Positions 9,055 through 17,499 of a DNA stretch of 64,000 bases are shown in pieces. The translations under genes and the position numbers were made by a program. A model generated the notes under the pieces. It did no database searches. It was not told where the DNA came from and saw nothing but the letters and a program-made list of their open reading frames with translations. This DNA comes from Candidatus Fermentithermobacillaceae bacterium. GTDB lineage: Bacteria; Bacillota; Sulfobacillia; Fermentithermobacillales; Fermentithermobacillaceae. Where the stretch lies: positions 52,882 through 116,881 of the forward strand of contig JAGPNE010000004.1 in NCBI GenBank assembly GCA_018052455.1, given 5' to 3'. The number at the start of each line of letters is the position of its first letter. The stretch's first letter is position 1.

Positions 9055-9096
9055 AGTTTCTTAAGAGATTTGTGTATGTTAAGCGGGGGAGCCAGC

Positions 9097-10251
9097 TTGG
9101 AACAACCTAAGGTTACTGCAGTTATGTTTGAAGGCGGTAAACCACAAACCTCTCTAGATGCTAAAATCAAGAATATCCGGAAAGAGATCGCCTTGGACAC
9201 ACTGTCCAAGCTGGCTTTAGCGCCGGAAATCGACGAAATCATACTAGCAACAAATTATGAGGATCTTGCGCACGAGGCATCCGAGTTTGCCATTGTTGAC
9301 TTGGAGTCAAATGACATTAAGTTTCATTTCGGGCGCAGACTAAGAGAGATAATCGTCAACTATCGCTTGGATAACGTGTTGTACATGGGGGGAGTAGCTG
9401 CCCCCCTTGTGTATTCGGAGGAGTTTAACCAAGTTGCCCTCACGCTTAAGCAAACCAGAAATACAGTGATAATGAACAATGTCCAGTCTGCAGACCTCGT
9501 TGCGTTTACGCCCGCAAGGGCAATTGATGAAGTCGAACTGCCCGATAACGACAATGTACTGGGCAATCTGCTCCGTGAGATTGGTATGCGGCGGCTTCTT
9601 ATTCCTAATTCAGGTAGGGTGAACTTCGATATAGACACTCCAACTGACATCTTAATCCTTGGTCTGCACCCTCACTGCGGGGAAAGATCATCAAGGATCA
9701 TAGGCTCTCTGGATTGGCCTACTCAGAACCTGTGTGAGGCCCTGAGAGTACTTAGGGAAGAGTCGCGAGAAATAGCGGTGATAGGACGAGTTGGACCCGC
9801 GGTCATACAGTATATAAACTCGAACATGGTTCACAGAATGCGGGTGTTTTCCGAGGAGAGAGGTATGAAGGCCTTGGGCCGAGAAGAAAGAGGGCAAGTC
9901 GTATCGTTGTTGGGTTTCATGGTAGATGAGGTAGGCCCGAAGAGGTTTTTCGAGTACCTATCGCGTGTCTGCGACCTAGCTTTTATCGATACAAGAGTGA
10001 TGTTTGCTCATCTTGAGGGCCAAGTTTCGGATTGGGACAGGTTTTACTCAGACCTGGGCCAATATCAAGTAATCCAAAATGAGTGGGTTAGGGAGTTTAC
10101 GAAGAGTGCTGTTGAATGCCCAATTCCGGTTGTGCTCGGTGGACATAGCCTCGTAGCTGCCGGCCTTTGGATTATGGCGGAAATGGTCGTAAAGGAGAAA
10201 GAGGATTCAGGATATCGTCATAACACCGCAATTATGACCCCTTATAGCTGA
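9097..10251 (+). CDS. Uncharacterised protein with N-terminal CofC/nucleotidyltransferase-like (GT-A fold) domain
   Basis: FDIDTPTDI motif, IILATN, FHFG..L; TTG start after GGGGGAG; C-terminal domain not recognised. Confidence 0.5.
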   Translation: MEQPKVTAVMFEGGKPQTSLDAKIKNIRKEIALDTLSKLALAPEIDEIILATNYEDLAHEASEFAIVDLESNDIKFHFGRRLREIIVNYRLDNVLYMGGVAAPLVYSEEFNQVALTLKQTRNTVIMNNVQSADLVAFTPARAIDEVELPDNDNVLGNLLREIGMRRLLIPNSGRVNFDIDTPTDILILGLHPHCGERSSRIIGSLDWPTQNLCEALRVLREESREIAVIGRVGPAVIQYINSNMVHRMRVFSEERGMKALGREERGQVVSLLGFMVDEVGPKRFFEYLSRVCDLAFIDTRVMFAHLEGQVSDWDRFYSDLGQYQVIQNEWVREFTKSAVECPIPVVLGGHSLVAAGLWIMAEMVVKEKEDSGYRHNTAIMTPYS

Positions 10252-10283
10252 TTGGAACACTTTTTCAATCGGGAGTGTATAAA

Positions 10284-10925
10284 ATGGCCGGCAAGGATTA
10301 TACAGCTAGAGACTACGAGGATATCATCAAGAAGATAAATGACGTTTTGGATTGCCGAGTTTCGACCGGTGAGAACGACAGTATCGATGAAATCCATATT
10401 GTGGCACGGATAGGTCGGTCGCCTAAATACGTGGTACGAGATGTAGAATCTGCTGTTTTGGCGGCATCCGGGGAGAAAATCGACAGAACAAGGATCTCGA
10501 TTGTTCAAATGGCCGGTAATGAACCGAGCTTTACCTCCAGACCTAGACTTGTAGCTGTAGAACTTGTGACCAGTGAGTCTTCGGCTGTAGCCAGAGTAAA
10601 ACTCTCCTTGGGAGAGGAGGTTCGTCTAGGAGAGAGTGAAGGGATTGCCACGCCTACTAGGTGGGATTGGTTCTGCGCGGAAGCTACTGTCAATGCGCTG
10701 AGCCAGTTTTTCAGAGAAGGTGTGAAGATTTCTTTGAGGGACGTAAACGTATTTGATTCGAGGTCTCTGCGAACAGCGGTGGTAGCTCTGTGTGTCATTG
10801 AAGACGGCAGAGAATTGGTGCTAACGGGTTCGTGTCCTGTTTTATATGATGAAAGAGAAGCGGTAGTAAAGGCAACTCTTGATGCGGTCAATAGGAGGTT
10901 TCCGATGCTAACGGCAAATAGCTGA
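10284..10925 (+). CDS. Conserved hypothetical cytoplasmic protein; C-terminal half resembles a LeuA-type regulatory fold
   Basis: IDEIHIVA...RSPK.VVRDVES...RISIVQ, then two beta-rich repeats ending AEATVNAL and VKATLDAVNR. Confidence 0.6.
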   Translation: MAGKDYTARDYEDIIKKINDVLDCRVSTGENDSIDEIHIVARIGRSPKYVVRDVESAVLAASGEKIDRTRISIVQMAGNEPSFTSRPRLVAVELVTSESSAVARVKLSLGEEVRLGESEGIATPTRWDWFCAEATVNALSQFFREGVKISLRDVNVFDSRSLRTAVVALCVIEDGRELVLTGSCPVLYDEREAVVKATLDAVNRRFPMLTANS

Positions 10926-10952
10926 AATTAAATGAATTTTGCACCACTTATA

Positions 10953-10981
10953 GAAGGACTAATTGAAGCAGCGTTGAACAA
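10953..10981 (+). promoter_or_regulatory. Sigma-H-like promoter upstream of the small peptide gene
   Basis: GAAGGACTA-11 bp-GTTGAACAA (AGGA-N17-GAAC; consensus AGGA-N17/18-GAAT). Confidence 0.4.
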
Positions 10982-10989
10982 ATTACTAA

Positions 10990-11178
10990 GCCGACAGCCT
11001 GGTGACTTTCATCAGCGGAGTTAGATGAATCTGATCTAGCGGTTCAGATTCAGCCAGTTGACAGGGGGTTTTCAGGTGAGCAAGAAGGTTCTTAGGGTGA
11101 TTTTCGCCATCCTCACGCTCCTTTTGGCCGGAGCAGCGAACTTTCAACTAGGCTAAAGTTTCTGTCAGGGCTGTCGGC
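10990..11178 (+). ncRNA. Putative structured RNA enclosing the peptide ORF
   Basis: gccgacagcc 10990-10999 pairs with ggctgtcggc 11169-11178; ttgacagggg 11058-11067 pairs with tttctgtcag 11159-11168; perfect 9-bp hairpin 11026-11052. Confidence 0.5.
11076..11156 (+). CDS. 26-aa signal-peptide-like precursor MSKKVLRVIFAILTLLLAGAANFQLG (missing from ORF track)
   Basis: GTG start 7 nt after AGGGGG RBS, TAA at 11154-11156; basic n-region, hydrophobic h-region, LAG-A c-region. Confidence 0.8.
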   Translation: MSKKVLRVIFAILTLLLAGAANFQLG

Positions 11179-11200
11179 CCGGTCACGAGGTGTTCTAGCA

Positions 11201-12451
11201 TTGAACAAAGAGATTAAGGCCTTCGATGTCTATTTGTGGGGAATAGTTTGCCTCGGTATGGTCTTACTTTTTATGAATATCCCTGTCTTCGAGGGCTTGC
11301 TTCACTTCCTGGAAGTGGGTTTTCTCGGGGCTCTCATTGCTTTTGGTGAGACCCTGGCAATCCCATTTCCCAAGGGTAAAGGTACCGCATCTGTCGCTGC
11401 GCCCCTGATTTTTACTGTTATTGTTCTCCATGGTCCTGCCATTGGCATGTGGGTTGCAGCATTAGCTACTCTACGCAAAAGAGATCTGGCAGGGGAGGTT
11501 CCCATACGTCTGGTTCTTTTCAACAGAGGGATGCTAAGCATATGTGCCTATGGGTTCTCGACGGCCTACAGTCTTTTGGGAGGCGAGTTCGGATTTCTCG
11601 AGTTTCCTTCGGGTCTTCTAGGTTTCATATTGGCAGCAACTGTTTACACCATACTGAATGCGGTCATAATTGGAGAGGCACTATCGCTTCAGACCGGCCT
11701 GCCATTTTTGACCATCTGGCGCCAGAATATAGTCTGGATGCTACCTAACATGTTTGCTTTGTTTCCTCTGGGTGCCCTTATGGTTGTTGTCACAAAGCAA
11801 GCCGGGCCGCTTGTACTTCTACTGTTCTATTTGCCCTTGGTCGTAACTAAGATGTCTCTACAGAAATACGTGGATCTGAAAGAGACCTATGGCGAAATGG
11901 CTCAGGCTCTAGGTACGGCTGTAGACGCGAGGGATCCATATACCCAAGGACATTCGATAAGGGTATCGGAATACTCTGGGCTATTAGGAAAAGAAATGGG
12001 ATTCGATGATGAAGAGGTTGATTTGCTGAAATATGTTGCGCTTCTGCACGATGTAGGCAAGGTGGGCATACCCGACAGCATTCTAAAGAAAACAGACTAT
12101 TTTACATACGAAGAATATCAAGAAATGAAGCGGCATGTTGATATAGGTGCAGATATCATTGGAGCTATGAAGATATTAGGCAAAGGCGAGGAATGGGTAA
12201 GATATCACCACGAAAGATGGGACGGCACAGGTTTCCCCAAGGGCTTACGTGGCGATGAAATACCTCTAGAAGCACGTATTATTGCCTGCGCGGATGCTTT
12301 TGACGCTATGACTACAGATAGGCCGTACAAAGAGAGAATGGACTACGAGGAAGCCAGAGAAGAGATTGTAAGGTGCAGCGGAACCCAGTTTGATCCCAAA
12401 GTGGTAGAAGCTATGCTCAAAGTCGTAGATGAAAAGATTTTGAGGAAGTGA
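11201..12451 (+). CDS. Membrane-anchored HD-GYP cyclic di-GMP phosphodiesterase
   Basis: Multi-TM N-terminal ~220 aa; ARDPYTQGHSIRV, LLHDVGK, HHERWDGTGFP, ADAFDAMTTDRPY. Confidence 0.88.
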   Translation: MNKEIKAFDVYLWGIVCLGMVLLFMNIPVFEGLLHFLEVGFLGALIAFGETLAIPFPKGKGTASVAAPLIFTVIVLHGPAIGMWVAALATLRKRDLAGEVPIRLVLFNRGMLSICAYGFSTAYSLLGGEFGFLEFPSGLLGFILAATVYTILNAVIIGEALSLQTGLPFLTIWRQNIVWMLPNMFALFPLGALMVVVTKQAGPLVLLLFYLPLVVTKMSLQKYVDLKETYGEMAQALGTAVDARDPYTQGHSIRVSEYSGLLGKEMGFDDEEVDLLKYVALLHDVGKVGIPDSILKKTDYFTYEEYQEMKRHVDIGADIIGAMKILGKGEEWVRYHHERWDGTGFPKGLRGDEIPLEARIIACADAFDAMTTDRPYKERMDYEEAREEIVRCSGTQFDPKVVEAMLKVVDEKILRK

Positions 12452-12455
12452 TCCA

Positions 12456-13040
12456 TTGTTCCTAACCGTTGTAGCTGTTTCCCTTGTACTTGGCCTGGTT
12501 TCGGGAGGCAAGATCTCTCATCTTGGTGACATAGATCTCGATAGGTTAGGGTGGATTGTGGGGTCCTTTTTAGTAAAGATTGGATCGAACAAGTTATTGA
12601 GCGGGAGGGTGGAGCCATCTTCCAAGGTTTGTCTTGCTCTAAGTCTAGTCACCTACCTCATGCTGTTTTACGGTCTTTGCCCAAATCTAAGATTCCCTGG
12701 CTTTCGCGTGCTTACCTTCGGGACTTTTTTGAACTTTATTGTCATACTAGCCAACGGAGGTAGAATGCCTGTCGATTTGTCCCCACTCGGAGCTGATGTC
12801 TTAAATAGCCAAATACCCGTGCTCGTCTCTAGCTTCACCCACTGTGAGATGGGAGATCGCACAAAGTTAAGATGTCTGGCTGACATATTTTCCTCTGAGT
12901 TTCTTTCCAAAACACCTACCACTTTCAGCCTGGGTGACATACTCATGGCCGTAGGGATCTTCGCGTTCATAATGAATGTGATGCACGCGGGTTTTCTCGA
13001 GGGACAAAAGAATGGTAGAATTAAGGGCAATGAGAGCTAA
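12456..13040 (+). CDS. DUF5317-type membrane protein, putative signal-peptidase-II-like aspartic peptidase
   Basis: GG...L, GTFLNFIVILANGGRMPV, LADIF (D143), FSLGDILMAVG (D161). Confidence 0.7.
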   Translation: MFLTVVAVSLVLGLVSGGKISHLGDIDLDRLGWIVGSFLVKIGSNKLLSGRVEPSSKVCLALSLVTYLMLFYGLCPNLRFPGFRVLTFGTFLNFIVILANGGRMPVDLSPLGADVLNSQIPVLVSSFTHCEMGDRTKLRCLADIFSSEFLSKTPTTFSLGDILMAVGIFAFIMNVMHAGFLEGQKNGRIKGNES

Positions 13041-13090
13041 GGAAAGCTACCTGACCGCTTTTGAGTTTGCACGCAGAAAAGGAGATATGT

Positions 13091-15850
13091 ATGTCAATTT
13101 TGAAGAATCTTTTCAACTCCAACGACCGGGAGCTCCGAAAAATAGGACCAACTGTCGATTCAGTGGCAAGATTTGAGCCTACTTTTGAGCGAACCTCCGA
13201 CTCGGACCTCCAGCGCAAGACAGGTGAGTTTCGGGAACGTATTTCCAGGGGTGAGCCCATGGACAAAATTCTTCCCGAAGCCTTTGCGGTTGTTAGGGAG
13301 GTCTCCAGACGTGTACTCGATATGCGGCATTTTGACGTACAAATACTAGGTGGTGTTGTTCTTCATCAGGGACGGATTGCAGAGATGCAAACTGGTGAAG
13401 GGAAAACGCTTGTGGCGACTCTTCCGGCATATTTGAACGCGATAGGAGGCGCTACCGTACACGTAGTTACGGTCAACGATTATCTGGCGAAACGAGACAG
13501 GGAATGGATGGGTCAAATATATAGGTTTCTAGGCCTGGATGTAGGACTTGTGATCCCTGGTATGGAAGTGGCGCAGAAGAAGGCCTCGTATTCCTGCCCT
13601 ATCATCTACGGCACAAATACAGAATTTGGTTTTGACTATCTTAGAGATAATATGGCTTGGCGGAAGGATGACCTTGTTCAAAGCCCCCTAAACTACGCCA
13701 TAATCGACGAGGTTGACTCAATTTTGATAGATGAGGCTAGAACCCCTCTCATAATTTCTGGCCGCGGTGAGGGCACTACAGACAAGTACATAAGATTTCG
13801 GGATCTTGCTCGTATGCTAAAACGAGATAAGCACTATACAGTTGACGAGAAGGCGAAAACGATTGTCTTGACTGATGAAGGCATTGAGAGAACAGAAGAA
13901 TGGCTGGGTATAGATGACCTTTCAGACGAGGGAAACATAGGGTTGGAACACTATGTTAAGCAGGCTTTAAGGGCTAAAGAACTGATGCATCGCGATGTTG
14001 ACTACGTGGTGAAAAACGGAGAAGTTTTGATAGTTGATGAATTTACCGGCCGTATTCTTGTGGGCAGAAGATTTTCAGATGGTCTTCATCAGGCAATTGA
14101 AGCAAAAGAAGGCGTAGAGATAAAAGAGGAAAGTGATACTCTTGCTACCATAACTGTCCAGAACTTTTTCAGGATGTACGACAAACTTTCGGGCATGACA
14201 GGAACTGCCGCGACCGAAGAACCAGAATTTCTAGAAATATACGGCTTGGACGTTGTATGTATTCCGCCAAACAAGTCCCTAATAAGGACCAATATGCCTG
14301 ATTCAATTTGGAAGACCGAAGGTGCCAAGTTCGAGGCTGTCGTAGAAGAAATTGACCGTATGCATCAAGTCGCGCGGCCTGTCCTTGTGGGCACACGTTC
14401 TGTGGAGAAATCGGAGATGCTGTCGGCAATGCTCAAAAGGAGAGGCATTGACCATGAAGTTCTTAACGCCAAGCACCACGAACGTGAAGCGGAAATAGTG
14501 GCTCAGGCTGGAAGAAAAGGCTCAGTGACCATTGCAACTAACATGGCTGGGCGGGGAACTGATATACTCCTTGGCGGCAATCCTGACTTCATGGCGCGTT
14601 CAACTCTCAGAAAAGAAGGATATGATGCTGACGTGGTTTCTGTCGCTGCGGAGAAAGTCCTTCCCCAAGCAATGCTTGCGAGAATAGAGGCAGGCACAAC
14701 TGACGAGCATATTGAAGCGATTCTTGCGGCCAGAGACAGGTACAAAGAGCTTTTTGAGCAGTTCAAGAAGGTGACTGATGAAGAACATGAGGAAGTTGTA
14801 TCTCTGGGCGGTCTGCATGTGCTTGGTACAGAACGTCATGAAGCCCGGCGTATAGATAACCAGCTGCGAGGTAGGGCTGGTAGGCAGGGAGATCCGGGCT
14901 CATCGAGATTCTATCTCTCCTTGGATGACGAACTTATGCGGCTATTTGGGGGAGACCTCATAAGCGGTGTTATGGAGAAAGTAGGGTTCTCGGACGACGA
15001 GGCCATAGAACATCCTTTGATCACCAAGTCTGTAGAAACGGCTCAGAAGCGTATTGAGGCGCACAACTTTTCCATAAGGAAAAATGTATTAGAATACGAC
15101 AACGTTCTGAACAAGCAGCGCGAGGTCATATACTCTCAAAGACGCCAGGTACTTGAGTTTGATGACCTTTCAGATATTGTAAGGGGTATGATTGCAGGAA
15201 CAGTAGAAAGAGGCTTTGGTGTTTTCTGGAATCAGGGTGAAAGGAACCATGAGGCAGATACAGATGGGCTTGTTTCTTATCTGAAAGAGTTAATGCCGGC
15301 TGCAGACTTTAGAAAAGTCCTAGATTCTGCTGGTTCGAGACAGGCTGCTCTAGACGCAGTCATGGAGGTTTTCAGCGAGGGCTATAAGGAAAAGGCGGAG
15401 ATGTTAGGGCCCAATCTAAACGAGGTACAGCGGCTGATACTTCTTAGAGTGGTTGACCAAAAATGGATTGACCAGTTACGTGCAATGGAGGGTCTGCGTG
15501 AAGGCATTGGCTTAAGGGCGTATGGTCAAAGAGACCCTCTGCTTGAATATCAAAAAGAAGGCTATGACCTTTTTCAGAACATGATTGAGAACATTGAGAA
15601 AGATACTGTCGCCTATTTCTACAGGGTAACCGTATCCAAAGAAAGAGGCGTGCGAGCTGCCGGAGATGGCCAAGGAGCCGCAGGACCGGTAAGGGTAATA
15701 AGACTTACGGGGCCTCAATCTCAAGATACCGAGGGCCGGGAACAGGTAAGACCTGGGCCAGTTAAGTCCGGGAAAAAGGTGGGACGAAACGATCCCTGCC
15801 CATGTGGTAGTGGAAAGAAGTACAAGAACTGTTGTGGAAAACTTGGATAA
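13091..15850 (+). CDS. secA: Preprotein translocase ATPase SecA
   Basis: AEMQTGEGKT, IIDEVDSILIDEARTPLIIS, TIATNMAGRGTDI, C-terminal GRNDPCPCGSGKKYKNCCG. Confidence 0.98.
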   Translation: MSILKNLFNSNDRELRKIGPTVDSVARFEPTFERTSDSDLQRKTGEFRERISRGEPMDKILPEAFAVVREVSRRVLDMRHFDVQILGGVVLHQGRIAEMQTGEGKTLVATLPAYLNAIGGATVHVVTVNDYLAKRDREWMGQIYRFLGLDVGLVIPGMEVAQKKASYSCPIIYGTNTEFGFDYLRDNMAWRKDDLVQSPLNYAIIDEVDSILIDEARTPLIISGRGEGTTDKYIRFRDLARMLKRDKHYTVDEKAKTIVLTDEGIERTEEWLGIDDLSDEGNIGLEHYVKQALRAKELMHRDVDYVVKNGEVLIVDEFTGRILVGRRFSDGLHQAIEAKEGVEIKEESDTLATITVQNFFRMYDKLSGMTGTAATEEPEFLEIYGLDVVCIPPNKSLIRTNMPDSIWKTEGAKFEAVVEEIDRMHQVARPVLVGTRSVEKSEMLSAMLKRRGIDHEVLNAKHHEREAEIVAQAGRKGSVTIATNMAGRGTDILLGGNPDFMARSTLRKEGYDADVVSVAAEKVLPQAMLARIEAGTTDEHIEAILAARDRYKELFEQFKKVTDEEHEEVVSLGGLHVLGTERHEARRIDNQLRGRAGRQGDPGSSRFYLSLDDELMRLFGGDLISGVMEKVGFSDDEAIEHPLITKSVETAQKRIEAHNFSIRKNVLEYDNVLNKQREVIYSQRRQVLEFDDLSDIVRGMIAGTVERGFGVFWNQGERNHEADTDGLVSYLKELMPAADFRKVLDSAGSRQAALDAVMEVFSEGYKEKAEMLGPNLNEVQRLILLRVVDQKWIDQLRAMEGLREGIGLRAYGQRDPLLEYQKEGYDLFQNMIENIEKDTVAYFYRVTVSKERGVRAAGDGQGAAGPVRVIRLTGPQSQDTEGREQVRPGPVKSGKKVGRNDPCPCGSGKKYKNCCGKLG

Positions 15851-15922
15851 GGAAACAAAATGTCGTATTATGCATCTTTAGAGAGCAGATGATATATACC
15901 GTGATTAGCGGAGGGAGTTTAT

Positions 15923-17036
15923 ATGTACGAAGAGGTAATAGGTGAGCTAGAGTCGTTGAGGGAAAGATTAGCTAATATCGGGAGGTCTCTTTGACCCTGT
16001 CGCGTTATCTCAGGAATTGACAGATCTTAAGACGAAAATGCAAGACCCTTCAGTGTGGGAAGACCACAGGCGAGCGCAGTCAATTGGCCGACGTATAAGC
16101 CACATTGAAGACAAACTAGATACATTTAACGATCTTAAGACCCAGATAGATGACAGTATTTCCATAGCTGTTCTGGCGGAAGAAGAAGGCGACATATCAC
16201 TTCTAGAAGATCTTCATCAGACGGCACAGGAACTATCTAGAAAGATCCACGAACTCGAGTTTGAGACGTTGTTTTCTGGTCCGTATGACTCAAGAGACGC
16301 CATCGTTACTTTGCACGCGGGTGCAGGTGGGACAGAGGCCATGGATTGGGTTGAAATGCTCTACAGAATGTACTCGAGGTGGGTTGAGCGCAAAGGGTTC
16401 GAGCTAGAGACTCTTGATATGTTGCCTGGCGAGGAAGCCGGGCTGAAGAGTGTGAGTTTTTCTGTAAAAGGGGACCATGCATATGGTTTTTTGCGTCCGG
16501 AAAAGGGCGTTCACAGGTTGGTAAGGATTTCTCCTTTCGATTCAAATCAGAGAAGGCACACCTCTTTTGCATCTGTGGATGTACTGCCTGAAATTGAGAC
16601 GGAAGAAGAAGTGGATGTAAACCCAGATGAGCTAAAGATAGACACATATAGGTCTTCGGGCGCAGGCGGCCAACACGTCAACAAGACTGATTCGGCTGTT
16701 AGGATCACGCATATTCCTACGGGTATTGTGGTTACGTGCCAGAATGAGCGTTCTCAGCACTCGAATAAGATTGTGGCAATGAGGGTCCTTAAAGCCAAAC
16801 TCTTGGCTCTTAAAGAGGAAGAAAGGCTAAAGGAAATTGAAAACCTCAGAGGCCCTCAGAAAGAGATTACATGGGGAAGTCAGATCAGATCATATATCTT
16901 TCAGCCGTATACTTTGGTTAAAGACCATCGCACAGGGCTTGAGATAACCAATGTGGAACGTGTCATGGACGGCGAGATAGACGACTTCATATATGCCAAA
17001 CTGCGGCAAGATGCCGAACGGGCAGTAGCCGGATAA
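15923..17036 (+). CDS. prfB: Peptide chain release factor 2 with programmed +1 frameshift
   Basis: 23-codon ORF from ATG 15923 ends CTT TGA C at 15989-15995 with internal SD GGGAGG; the +1 frame has SPF and GAGGQHVN motifs. Confidence 0.97.
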
Positions 17037-17067
17037 CATATCTTAACCTACGGAAGGTGGTTTTGAA

Positions 17068-17487
17068 ATGCCAAGGAGATACATGACATATCTTGTCATA
17101 TTGGCAGCGGTGGGCGCGTTCTTAGTTGGGTGGTTCGGTAGAGGGGCGGTTTTTGCCGGTAGCACCGCTTTGCCTGGGAGCGAAGAAGATCCGTTAGTGT
17201 CAAGGTCTTACGTAGATTCGGTAGTAAAAATGACTGTAGTCGAACTTTCTTCAGGGCAGAGTCTGATTGGGTATTCAGGGACCGAGATCATCCTTAGGTC
17301 GGGAACGGCGACCGTGGTCGATTCGGAACTTGGTGGGCTATGCGATTCTACTCTTGGATCTGATCTCACAAAAGGCACACAAGTGCCGAAAAATCACCTG
17401 CTTCTAGTGCCGAGAGATGACGGCAGAGGGATAAAAGCTACCTCTAACGCTTTCGTAATGGTGCGCGGCAAGTTTGATATTAGGTAG
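17068..17487 (+). CDS. Conserved hypothetical exported protein
   Basis: N-terminal hydrophobic segment; GS..DPLVS.SYVD, GTE.ILRSG, VP.NHLLLVPRDDGRG. Confidence 0.7.
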   Translation: MPRRYMTYLVILAAVGAFLVGWFGRGAVFAGSTALPGSEEDPLVSRSYVDSVVKMTVVELSSGQSLIGYSGTEIILRSGTATVVDSELGGLCDSTLGSDLTKGTQVPKNHLLLVPRDDGRGIKATSNAFVMVRGKFDIR

Positions 17488-17499
17488 GGTATCGGAGTT

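Noticed and set aside
11058-11086. Perfect TTGACA as a -35 box
   Set aside because: No -10-like hexamer 16-18 bp downstream; better explained as RNA pairing and RBS context
11076-11156. AgrD-type cyclic (thio)lactone precursor
   Set aside because: No Cys or Ser at the ring position, no charged or Pro-rich C-tail, and no agrB/agrC-like neighbour
10985-11190. c-di-GMP-I or -II riboswitch upstream of the HD-GYP gene
   Set aside because: The GGNAAA/GAAA/GCAAAG core of class I and the kink-turn/pseudoknot pattern of class II were not recognisable
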